DNA of 64,000 nt from Macrostomum lignano. Taxonomy: Eukaryota. The stretch lies in contig NIVC01000068.1 of the NCBI GenBank assembly GCA_002269645.1, positions 1 to 64,000 of the forward strand, in the 5' to 3' direction. Positions within the stretch are counted from its first letter, which is position 1. The number at the start of each line of letters is the position of its first letter. Made by a program: the position numbers and the translations under genes. This document shows positions 39,301-50,738 of this stretch, piece by piece. Below the pieces are notes generated by a model. That model did no database searches. It was not told the DNA's origin and worked only from the letters and a program-made list of their open reading frames with translations.

Positions 39301-39638
39301 ATGGTAGAAGTTTGTGGACACTTTTTATAAATTCTGCTCAATTTATTATAAATTTAGCATTTTTGCTAGACAATATATACATGCCAATGCTCCTTATATC
39401 AAGCAATGCTTGAAAGTGCTAGACACTTAGTTTATGGTGAATTTTTACCAAGGGATGTTTTTTTGCTGATATAGAATTCCTAGAAGCATGTACAAAAACA
39501 TGGAATATGCCTGAAAAAACTCTAGAAAATATGCACTAAATCCAAGAAAAAATGTTGAAAGCACAAAAACTACATGGCACACACCGCCTATATGCCAGTA
39601 TATTATGCTGCAGCATATTAATCCACAATCCAGTAGCA
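33338..39638. repeat. Direct tandem duplication with period 3155 bp (33338-36483 and 36493-39638)
   Basis: Duplicate ORFs offset by exactly 3155; 9-nt junction AAAAGTAGA; at least three substitutions seen between copies. Each unit contains an internal about 527-bp dimer (about 34040-35130). Confidence 0.97.
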
Positions 39639-39694
39639 GTGCTAGTGTTCGTAGTTTAACTAAATTTGCCACCAGAAAAGAGTTGAGTTCAGAT

Positions 39695-39760
39695 CTAGTT
39701 AGGTCGAAGTGCAGTCCGGAAAAATTGCCAACGAGGAGCGAAGGAGCGAGCGAAGCGAAG
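39695..39760 (-). mobile_element. Helitron/Helentron-like terminus, copy 2 (right hairpin arm absent)
   Basis: 49 nt (39695-39743) identical to 32965-33013, then runs directly into the 15-bp array. Confidence 0.5.
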
Positions 39761-42700
39761 TCAGCAACCATCCAGTCAGCAAACATCCATCCAGTCAGCA
39801 ACCATTCGTCCAGTCAGCATCCATCCAGTCAGCAACCATCCAGTCAGCAACCATCCAGTCAGCATCCGTCCAGTCAGCAGCCATCCAGTCAGCAACCGTC
39901 CATCCAGTCAGCAACAATCCAGTCAGCAATCATCCAGTCAGCAACCATCCAGTCACAACCATCCAGTCAGCAGTCATCCAGTCAGCAACCATCCGTCCAG
40001 TCAGCAACCATCCGTCCAGTCAGCAATCATCCGTCCAGTCAGCGACCATCCAGTCGGCAACCATCCAGTCACAACCATACGTCCAGTCAGCAACCATCCA
40101 GTCAGCAACCATCCAGTCAGCAACCATCCATCCATTCAGCAACCATCCAGTCAGCAACCATCCAGTCAGCAACCATCCAGTCAGCAACCATTCGTCCAGC
40201 AACCATCCATCCAGTCAGCAACAATCCAGTCAGCAACCATCCAGTCAGCAAACATCCATCCAGTCAGCAACCATTCGTCCAGTCAGCATCCATCCAGTCA
40301 GCAACCATCCAGTCAGCAACCATCCAGTCAGCATCCGTCCAGTCAGCAGCCATCCAGTCAGCAACCGTCCATCCAGTCAGCAACAATCCAGTCAGCAATC
40401 ATCCAGTCAGCAACCATCCAGTCACAACCATCCAGTCAGCAGTCATCCAGTCAGCAACCATCCGTCCAGTCAGCAACCATCCGTCCAGTCAGCAATCATC
40501 CGTCCAGTCAGCGACCATCCAGTCGGCAACCATCCAGTCACAACCATACGTCCAGTCAGCAACCATCCAGTCAGCAACCATCCAGTCAGCAACCATCCAT
40601 CCATTCAGCAACCATCCAGTCAGCAACCATCCAGTCAGCAACCATCCAGTCAGCAACCATTCGTCCAGCAACCATCCATCCAGTCAGCAACAATCCAGTC
40701 AGCAACCATCCAGTCAGCAACCATCCAGTCAGCAACCATCCGTCCAGTCAGCAACCATCCAGTCAGCAGCCATCCTGTCAGCAGCCATCCAGTCAGCAAC
40801 CGTCCATCCAGTCAGCACCCATCCAGTCAACAACCATCCAGTCAGCGACCATCCAGTCAGCAACCATCCAGTCAGCAACCATCCAGTCAACAACAGTCCA
40901 TCCAGTCAGCAAACATCCATCCAGTCAGCAACCATCCAGTCAACAACAGTCCATCCAGTCAGCAACCATCCATCCAGTCAGCAACAATCCAGTCACAACC
41001 ATACATCCAGTCAGCAACCATCCAGTCAGCAACCATCCGTCCAGTCAGCAACCATCCAGTCAGCAGCCATCCTGTCAGCAGCCATCCAGTCAGCAGCCAT
41101 CCAGTCAGCAACCGTCCATCCAGTCAGCACCCATCCAGTCAACAACCATCCAGTCAGCGACCATCCAGTCAGCAACCATCCAGTCAGCAACCATCCAGTC
41201 AGCAAACATCCATCCAGTCAGCAACCATCCAGTCAACAACAGTCCATCAAGTCAGCAACCAATCATCCAGTCAGCAACAATCCAGTCAGCAACAATCCAG
41301 TCAGCAACAATCCAGTCACAACCATACATCCAGTCAGCAACCATCCAGTCAGCAACCGTCCATCCAGTCAGCAACAATCCAGTCAGCAACAATCCAGTCA
41401 GCAACCGTCCATCCAGTCAGCAACTATCCAGTCAGCAACCATCCATCCAGTCAGCAACCATCCAGTAAACAACCATCCAGTCAGCGACCATCCAGTCAGC
41501 AACCATCCAGTCAGCAACCATCCAGTCAACAACAGTCCATCCAGTCAGCAAACATCCATCCAGTCAGCAACCATCCAGTCAACAACAGTCCATCCAGTCA
41601 GCAACCATCCATCCAGTCAGCAACAATCCAGTCACAACCATACATCCAGTCAGCAACCATCCAGTCAGCAACCATCCGTCCAGTCAGCAACCATCCAGTC
41701 AGCAGCCATCCTGTCAGCAGCCATCCAGTCAGCAGCCATCCAGTCAGCAACCGTCCATCCAGTCAGCACCCATCCAGTCAACAACCATCCAGTCAGCGAC
41801 CATCCAGTCAGCAACCATCCAGTCAGCAACCATCCAGTCAGCAAACATCCATCCAGTCAGCAACCATCCAGTCAACAACAGTCCATCAAGTCAGCAACCA
41901 ATCATCCAGTCAGCAACAATCCAGTCAGCAACAATCCAGTCAGCAACAATCCAGTCACAACCATACATCCAGTCAGCAACCATCCAGTCAGCAACCGTCC
42001 ATCCAGTCAGCAACAATCCAGTCAGCAACAATCCAGTCAGCAACCGTCCATCCAGTCAGCAACTATCCAGTCAGCAACCATCCATCCAGTCAGCAACCGT
42101 CCAGTCAGCAACCATCCAGTCAGCAATCATCCATCCAGTCAGCAACCATCCAGTCAACAACCGTCCATCCAGTCAGCAACCATCCAGTCAACAACCATCC
42201 AGTCAGCGACCATCCAGTCAGCAACCATCCAGTCAGCAACCATCCAGTCAGCAACCATCCAGTCAGCAAACATCCATCCAGTCAGCAACCATCCAGTCAA
42301 CAACAGTCCATCCAGTCAGCAACCATCCATCCAGTCAGCAACAATCCAGTCACAACCATACATCCAGTCAGCAACCATCCAGTCAGCAACCGTCCATCCA
42401 GTCAGCAACAATCCAGTCAGCAACAATCCAGTCACAACCATACATCCAGTCAGCAACCATCCAGTCAGCAACCGTCCATCCAGTCAGCAACAATCCAGTC
42501 AGGAACAATCCAGTCAGCAACCATCCAGTCAGCAACCATCCAGTCAGCAACCGTCCATCCAGTCAGCAACAATCCAGTCACAACCATCCGTCCAGTCAGC
42601 AACCATCCAGTCAGCAAACATCCATCCAGTCGGAAACCATCCAGGCAGCAACCATCTAGTCAGCAACCATCCATCGAGTCAGCAACCGTCCAGTCAGCAA

Positions 42701-43258
42701 CCATCCAGTCAGCAGCCATCCTGTCAGCAGCCATCCAGTCAGCAAACATCCATCCAGTCAGCAACCATCCATCCAGTCAGCACCCATCCAGTCAACAACC
42801 ATCCAGTCAGCGACCATCCAGTCAGCAACCATCCAGTCAGCAACCATCCAGTCAGCAAACATCCATCCAGTCAGCAACCATCCAGTCAACAACAGTCCAT
42901 CCAGTCAGCAACAATCCAGTCAGCAACAATCCAGTCACAACCATACATCCAGTCAGCAACCATCCAGTCAGCAGCCATCTAGTCAGCAGCCATCGAGTCA
43001 GCAGCCATCCAGTGAGCAACCGTCCATCCAGTTAGCAACCATCCAGTCAGCAACAATCCAGTCACAACCATACGTCCAGTCAGCAACCATCCAGTCAGCA
43101 ACCATCCGTCCAGTCAGCAACCATTCCAGTCAGCAACAATCCAGTCACAACCATACGTCCAGTCAGCAACCATCCAGTCAGCAACCGTCCATCCAGTCAG
43201 CAACCATCCAGTCAGCAACAATCCAGTCACAACCATACGTCCAGTCAACAACCATCCA
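39760..43258. repeat. 3.5-kb compound array based on CATCCAGTCAGCAAC (15 bp) with higher-order units
   Basis: Variant markers recur at 469 bp (40051/40520) and 639 bp (41242/41881). Confidence 0.97.
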
Positions 43259-45109
43259 ATTATTTACGATAAATTGCGTAATTTGCGTTGCAGTGGCTGC
43301 TGAATTCTCATAAGCAAAGCACTTAAAAAGCTAATGTCTGCTCGAGTTACAATTTAAATATTCTTTCCAAAAACGAACACTCTATTGAGTGGGTACTGCG
43401 CGCATGTTTGCCGTTTGGCGGTTTTGATACAAATTTGCGAAACTATTATTGCGCGCAGCACCGCCCACAAAATGTGCAGTGAAAGTCCCTAAAAGTGTGA
43501 GTAGCATTGATTAACCTTTCACAGTGTAAAAAAATTTACAGTGTAAAAAATGGTGTAAAGTTTCCATAAAAATATCTTTGTTTTTAATTCTCATTGCACT
43601 GTGTGAGGTTAGTTAAATGCTCGACGCTTTTTGTTTTAGACACGGCAGTATTTTTCTCATATAATAGTTTACATATTTATTGATTAATTCGTTTTTTCGG
43701 AGTTTTGAAAGCTGCTGTGCCTAATTATGGATTTAGCTAAATGATCAGGCTACCTAATGTTGGGTAACTTGTATCAAATGGCAAAGCATTTCACTGCAAA
43801 GTCGCATCCGGTGGTTTCACGTACCTGTGGGCGTTAAACTGTACATTTGAAATGCTGAATTTCTAGGAAAATCTCATTTCAAATTACAGTGAACAGAATC
43901 GGAGCGGCGAAAATTTTTTTTAACTAATTTCGTTGTTAATTGCAAGATTATTTTTCGTAAGTCCAAATGTCCAAGATATTTATTATGAGTATTATTTCTT
44001 GGACCTTAGTATATGATGTTAATTCATGTGTCTCAGTTTGATTTTTTGAGTCTATTTAATAGAACTTTGTGATTAAAAAATTAATGAATGGTAAATTATA
44101 ATTAATTAGTCACATAGGACATATGTAACTAAAATACGTAGCATCTAAGTAGTTTACAATAGTTTAACATTTTTAGGGTTTTATGTGTTGCAAAACTGTA
44201 CTCAAAGAAATCAAAAATAATTTCGAAATATTGAGCAATTAATGCACTTCGACCTGCTAAGGTGGCACACCTTCAATCTAGTTAAATAGCATAAAAATAG
44301 CTAGTTCCAGCCAGATTATTAGACTTCTAAATCAGAAAATAGTAGTAAAACATAAGATTGAATTGATTTAGATTGAATTGAAAGTATAATTGGCACGCAA
44401 AACTCTGCACAATCCGAATTACGAGAACTGCATGCAATCCATAATTTGGCGTGATTTCAAGATGAAAATAAATAATGTATCAACCTCTATTTACGTATTA
44501 ATTAACAGTCTAGTGATTAGTCTCGACTCCTAAACCATGATAGCTCTCTTTCATCAATCTCATTTTTATTTTCTATTAAATTTTGGTATGTTGAGTATCA
44601 GCCAGTCAGGCTCTCGTTGACTAAATAGAAATCTCAACCATTTTGAAATTTTTACTGTATTTGATAAAGAATTTGTCATTGGTCTATTTGCCATAGACAA
44701 AATATGGAATCAGCCATTTCAAACTTGCTTTCCTTTCCTGCTTTCAACCATCAGCTTGCACTATTGAAAGGTAGCCAGGCGCAATTCAAAGCCGAAATAT
44801 TTAGCTGTCAATCATTCTGATCGGTAAATAAATATATCAACACAATAAATACAGTGATGTTCTTTCCATGTTGATTGTGCATGGCTAAGGGCTCAGTGAT
44901 GTCATTTGCCTCAACGTGTCACCGTCATGATGCTCACAACAACTATTACATGAAAAAAATTAGCGAAAGAGAGTTAAATAACTGAGGTTAACTTGTCCCG
45001 TTTCCTTAAAGTCTAAAATAAAATATGAGAAACTTACAGAGGATGTAAGCATTGTATTTGAGCTTGAACCTAGAAGGAATGTTATTGGAAAGAAAGGGGT
45101 CAGAGCGCT

Positions 45110-45320
45110 AGCTCACTGAATGATCGGGAGGGGGAGTTGCAGATGCCCACTGAATAATCAGGAAGGGGGTCAGAGAGGCCCACTGAATAATCAGGAAGGG
45201 GGTCAGAGAGGCCCACTGAATAATCGGGAAGGGGGTCAGAGGCCCACTAAAACACGAGTATTCGGGAAGGGCAAGGGGTTAGAGCTCACTGAGTAATCAG
45301 AAATGGGGGTCAGAGGCCAA
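45110..45320. repeat. Short tandem repeat, about 33 bp
   Basis: CCCACTGAATAATCAGGAAGGGGGTCAGAGAGG-like units. Confidence 0.75.
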
Positions 45321-45581
45321 ATGAACAATCATACCAGTAGTTCATTTCAAACGGCAAAGTGTACTCGTATCCAATCTTTTCTTGGGATAGCTACTCGCGT
45401 AATAAAATATATTTGCAGTTTTCTGTAGGTATACACGCAGTACACAAAAAACCCGGAACCAAGCAAAAAGGATAACAAAGACAAGACAATAATAGTACAT
45501 CGTATTTTATATAGGAATATCAAAGCATAATTGTAAAACTGTTTTTTTTCGAACATTTGTGCATCTACATTTAGAAATACG

Positions 45582-47477
45582 TCATCTTCTAACGCCGCTA
45601 CCAACGCCTACCAGACCTATCAGAGGATTGCCCGCGCCATCTCGCTGATCCCCACCACGATCAGCACCCGGTTGCAACAGACGTCGAAGACCGTGCGTCC
45701 GCTCCATGTACAGACTGCGCTGGACTTCGCCGTTGATCTGTCGTTGCCGGAGCAGCTCCGATCTGGCGCTATTTGTAGCCGTTGGCATCGTGATTGAAGT
45801 TTTAGCTCGACGAACTGGCTCGAACACGCTACTATCGTTAGTAGTATTGTTGGTATTGTTAGTAGTGGCCTGACTGCGGACTGACTGCAGACGTCGACGA
45901 CGGCTGCTTTGACGCGTGGGCAGGCCGCCGTCTCGATTTGGTAAGGGCCCGTCGACGGCTACAGCTGCTGTCGCTCCTGCTGCTTTTGTTGCTGTTTGTT
46001 GGCCGCCATTGCCTGCAGATTCTGCTTGCAGTTCGGTCATTGTTTTGGCCCGGCCTACGGGCATGATTTCCTGCGTTGAGCAACATAGAATTTTTTTTTC
46101 TTGTTTTTCGTGAAGACGGATAATTCAATATATTCTATTTAATATTTCCCCATTTCTTCCTCTCATGTCAGTTGAGAGTCAGCTTGGGTGTCAGCTGTGA
46201 GTCAGTGGGTGTCAGCCGAGAGTCCGTGGGTGTCAGCTGAGAGTCAGTGGGTGTCAGCTGATAGTCGTGGGTGTCAGCTGAGAGTCAGTGGGTGTCAGCT
46301 GAGAGTCAGTGGGTGTCAGCTGAGAGTCAGTGGGTGTCAGCTGAGAGTCAGTGGGTGTCAGCCGAGAGTCAGTGGGTGTCAGCCGAGAGTCAGTGGGTGT
46401 CAGCTGAGAGTCAGTGGGTGTCAGCTGAGAGTCAGTGGGTGTCAGCTGAGAGTCAGTGGGTGTCAGCTGAGAGTCAGTGGGTGTCAGCTGAGAGTCAGTG
46501 GGTGTCAGCTGAGAGTCAGTGGGTGTCAGCTGAGAGTCAGTGGGTGTCAGCTGAGAGTCAGTGGGTGTCAGCTGAGAGTCAGTGGGTGTCAGCTGAGAGT
46601 CACTGGGTGTCAGCTAGTATTCTAAAGGATGTCAGCTAGGCACCAATTATTGGTGTCGGTTGGGACTCACTGTGCGTCAGTCAGCCAGGGGTTTTTAGGT
46701 AGGTCATAAAGTTCCTGGGGTGCCCGAATGAGTTTCCAAGGTTTCAAAATCATTTGATGCAAAATATTTTGTGTCAAGGGCATCGATGCCAGGGACGCCA
46801 TTGGGTATCGGGGACGCAGTGACGTACAGATGTCTTGGGACGCAACAAGGTGCAGTTGCGGACGGCTGGGTGTCAAAGGAGTGACACATCGTGAGTCGCA
46901 TTTGCAACTTGTAAGACCGTACACTCACCCGATAGACCTTCCGCACCCTCGGGTCCAGCCTGGCCGAGCCAACCGCGCTGATCCTCGCCGCATCTTCTTG
47001 GTCCGAATCCGGTGATTCCTTTGACGTCGCCAGCATCGCAACGGAGCTGGCAATTCCGCGCGATAAAGCATCGACTTCCAGTTCGCGCACCCGGGTGCTG
47101 AGGTCGCGCAAAACGGCGTGACGTCGTCCGGACCTAGCCGAACTAGCCGACAATGAATACTGGCCGTGAAGTACCGCTCGACGTACCGGAGTTCGAATCC
47201 TGGGCTGACGAGTTCGCCGCCATCGAGTCGAATTTTCGAGCAGTTTTTCCACTTCCAATTCGATTCTGGCGCTCTCCCCTCTGACCACAGGATCTGCCAG
47301 TTGGTACTGCCGAGTTTTGCTGGCCACTCGTTGAGTTTTCTCAGGAGATGGCGGAGGCGGCGGCGCAGCGTCCAGGAGACCCGTCAGGTACAGGCCGGAC
47401 TGCTTCAGTTGCGGCGGCTTGTTTTTCCGTTTCTGTCCAGCACCAGGGTACTCTTCTGCTTCGGTGTCGCTGCTCAT
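45582..47477 (-). CDS. Uncharacterised two-exon protein (exons 47477-46929 and 46070-45582, about 345 aa)
   Basis: ATG at 47477; phase-0 donor CGG/GTGAGT at 46928 and acceptor CAACGCAG/GAA at 46071 join to give ...LDPRVRKVYR-EIMPVGRAK...; the intron holds a 21-bp minisatellite. No recognisable domain. Confidence 0.55.
46170..46615. repeat. 21-bp minisatellite
   Basis: (GTCAGCTGAGAGTCAGTGGGT)n. Confidence 0.95.
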
Positions 47478-47984
47478 TTCAAATCATCTGAGTTTAGTTT
47501 GTTGGAGACCATAGGAGTGAATTGGAGAGTGGGCTTAACGGGTATACTGGAAACAGACTCTCTCACGCACCTGCCCATCATCAGTCTATATACTGTAGTT
47601 AGTCTCTCATTTTTATACCCCTTTCCTTAGCCATACTACACTGTATTTTTTGGCCAGACAAATGTACACTAAAGACACGAGAGCACCGGTTTGAGTTGCT
47701 TCGAGACAATGAAGCTTGCTATAGCTACTAGTAACTACTATGCCCCACCAGCTGCTCATATAGGTTTTCGGTTGAGCGAGCATCGTCCCATGCCATCTGC
47801 ATCCACTTGAGTTGCTCTTCAATGCTGCAGTTATACTGCAATTTTTCAGCCATAACTCAACTGAGTTCGAGAAAATAGCGAGCACTTTTTCGGCTTAAGG
47901 AAAATTTTAATAGTTTCGAATGTTTAATTATGAGAAAAAGTACATCCGCGGGGTTGGCCAACAAAGCTTTTTATTTAAGTCACT

Positions 47985-48780
47985 TTCACTGAGTTCGACG
48001 CCCCTAGCACTGATTTGATGCCTCTGTCAGTGACTTTGACGCCCCTAGCACTGATTTGATGCCTCTGTCAGTGACTTTGATGCCCCTATCACAGATTTGA
48101 TGCCTCTGTCAGTGACTTTGACGCCCCTAGCACTGATTTGATGCCTCTGTCAGTGACTTTGATGCCCCTATCACAGATTTGATGCCTCTGTCAGTGACTT
48201 TGACGCCCCTAGCACTGATTTGATGCCTCTGTCAGTGACTTTGATGCCCCTAGCACTGATTTGATGCTCTGTCTGTGACTTTGACGCCCCTAGCACTGAT
48301 TTGATGCCTCTGTCAGTGACTTTGACGCTCCTAGCACTGATTTGATGCCTCTGTCAGTGACTTTGACGCTCCTAGCACTGATTTGATGCCTCTGTCAGTG
48401 ACTTTGATGCCCCTAGCACTGATTTGATGCCTCTGTCAGTGACTTTGACGCCCCTAGCACTGATTTGATGCCTCTGTCAGTGACTTTGACGCCACGAGCA
48501 CTGATTTGATGCCTCCGTCAGTGACTTTGACGCTCCTAGCACTGATTTGATGCCTCTGTCAGTGACTTTGATGCCCCTATCACAGATTTGATGCTCTGTC
48601 TGTGACTTTGACGCCCCTAGCACTGATTTGATGCCTCTGTCAGTGACTTTGACGCCCCTAGCACTGATTTGATGCCTCTGTCAGTGACTTTGACGCCCCT
48701 AGCACTGATTTGATGCCTCTGTCAGTGACTTTGACGCCCCTAGCACTGATTTGATGCCTCTGTCTGTGACTTTGACGCCC
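47985..48780. repeat. 41-bp minisatellite made of two about 20-bp subunits; degenerate monomers resume at about 49890-50030
   Basis: TGACGCCCCTAGCACTGATTTGATGCCTCTGTCAGTGACTT. Confidence 0.93.
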
Positions 48781-48844
48781 GTCACCAATTTTTGGCGTCA
48801 TTTTATCAACTTTAGCGCCCCTAATAATGTAGTAATGTAGTAAT

Positions 48845-49850
48845 TGTAGTGAGCCGCTAGTTTATGGTTAGGCGTCGCCCTAGTCAGCCGTTCCCTTGCC
48901 CTCCCTTTGGGTTGCTGTCTGCCGCTGGTCAGCTTCCCACCCTCCTTTCGTTTGCCTGTTGCCCCCGTGTCCCTTTCCGCCCTGCTGCGTTTCCGTTCTC
49001 AGCCCTCAGTCTCTCTACTGTGGGCTGTCTCTGTCTCGCTTCCATCCTGTTTTCCTCTGTCATGTGAGCAAGTCACATGACAGCTCTTGCGTTCTTTGAG
49101 TCTTAAAGTGCAGTAAACATGTTTACTGCACTCGTTGGCCCTGTTCACCGGGTGAGTCACATGCTTTCGGACCCCTCCCTTCTCTAAGGAGAGGAGTGAC
49201 TCATGTTGCTAAAAATAGCAACTGAGTCACAGCCATGTGCACTCCGCCGGGGACCCTCAAGTCACTTGACGTCACTTGACGTCACGTCAGTTCTAAAAAT
49301 AGAACAAGTCACGAGGTCTCCCGCGCGCTTGTACCCTGCCCGAGACTCTCGAGTGACGTCAGTTCTAAAAATAGAACAAGTCACGAGGTCTTGAGCGCGG
49401 GTGTTTCCCGGCTATAAATAGGAGCTCTCTCCCCCTTGTTTCCGTCAAGGAGTCTTCTTTCTGTTCAACCTCGAGTTCTACGTCTGCGTGTGACCAAATC
49501 CCCGAGTGTCCGAGCCTTTGCGCGTATTGACTCTATTCCTATTGCTCCGACTGAAACCCGACCAAGTCAACCCAAGTCTACGAGAGGCTAACTCAGCCCT
49601 CCCTCTACCATCCTAGCCCGGCAGGTACTGCTGACGAGACGCCCTATCCGTTGCGCTCTAATTCTGCACGCTGTGCTGTGTTCGTTGACTTCATTATTTC
49701 GTTCCGACGGGAAGCTCCCCTCACCGAAGGCCGAGACCTGAAGGAACTGGTGGCAGCACTACTTACGCTACTAAAGTTAAGAAGGCTTCTAAGTGAGAGG
49801 ACGAAGCCCAAGTCACTGCGCTGTACAGCAGGACAACCACAGGTACAACA
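48845..49850 (+). mobile_element. Solo LTR (1006 bp), probably Gypsy-type
   Basis: TGTAGTGAG...GGTACAACA with 4-bp TSD TAAT (48841-48844, 49851-49854); TATAAATA at 49413-49420; 36-bp internal direct repeats at 49284-49319 and 49356-49391; no coding region. Confidence 0.85.
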
Positions 49851-50649
49851 TAATGTAATGTAGTACGTAGGTTCAATTTCGTGAACTACAGATACAGCTT
49901 CTATTTCGCTGATTTTGGCGTCTCTTTCATTGATTTTGGCCTCCCAGCCTGATTTTGGAGCCCCTTTCAGTGATTTTGGCGCTCATTTCACTGAATTTGA
50001 GGCCCCTGTCAATGAGTTTGACGCCTGTCATCAAACGTCGCAGGCGAATTGAGATTGGTGCCTCCGTCACTCACTACGCAATTCACTGTAAAAAAAGTGA
50101 AAAACAGCTTTTACATCTTTTTAAAGCTTTTATAGTTTTCAAAAAACTTCCAACATTGCACCAAACAGCAAATTATATATAGTTAATGCTGGGGCACCAG
50201 AAAATTTACCAAATAAATAGTTTATTTTAATCAAAAAACTGCAAATAGAATTGTATTGTTGCGCTTATAAACAGTCTAGTATGCATCTACTATATTCTGT
50301 GCGTGTAAAGGTAAGCCTATATTAATGTATTGTACTTTGCAATTCTAAAAATAGCATTATTTAACAGTTTGAAAATCTTATTAAAACGCGAAGGCACAAT
50401 GGCCGCAAATATTTAGATAATATTATAGATTAGTTAAATAGAATATCTAATTAGAGAGAATGATTAAATCTATTGAATTTTTAATTAAAAACGGTTGAAT
50501 TAAATTGTGTCAATAAACGCTCGTGAACCTACTGCAAGTATAATAAAAGCGTATTTTTCAATAAATAAATATGAAATGTTTCGGTCCGGCTGTTTGTCAG
50601 TAGATTAGCTGTGTTTAGTGCATTCAATTCACAAAGCAATGTATATACG

Positions 50650-50738
50650 AGGTTGGGCCATAGACAATACGCAGTCTCTTGACTGAGAAACAACCCATCT
50701 TGCATAGAGAACTTTGCGTCTTGTCTATGGCCCAACCT
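50650..50738. repeat. 89-bp inverted-repeat element (MITE-like or hairpin)
   Basis: Perfect 18-bp inverted repeat AGGTTGGGCCATAGACAA / TTGTCTATGGCCCAACCT with further internal pairing; no TSD seen. Confidence 0.7.

Noticed and set aside
39605-43035. 1125-aa and 1108-aa ORFs as real genes
   Set aside because: Overlapping frames are both open simply because the 15-bp unit has no + strand stop; no non-repetitive domain.
45347-45604. Hydrophobic 85-aa ORF as a continuation of the orphan gene
   Set aside because: Different frame, preceded by three stops, no usable intron, and AT-rich like a 3' UTR.
46929-46960. LDPRVRKVYR resembles bystin LDPRVLEVYR
   Set aside because: The flanking sequence lacks the conserved bystin continuation (YRSGKLPKAFK); treated as a chance match.
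50084-50096. CACTGTAAAAAAA, typical of animal EnSpm termini
   Set aside because: No matching TTTTTACAGTG end downstream in the window.
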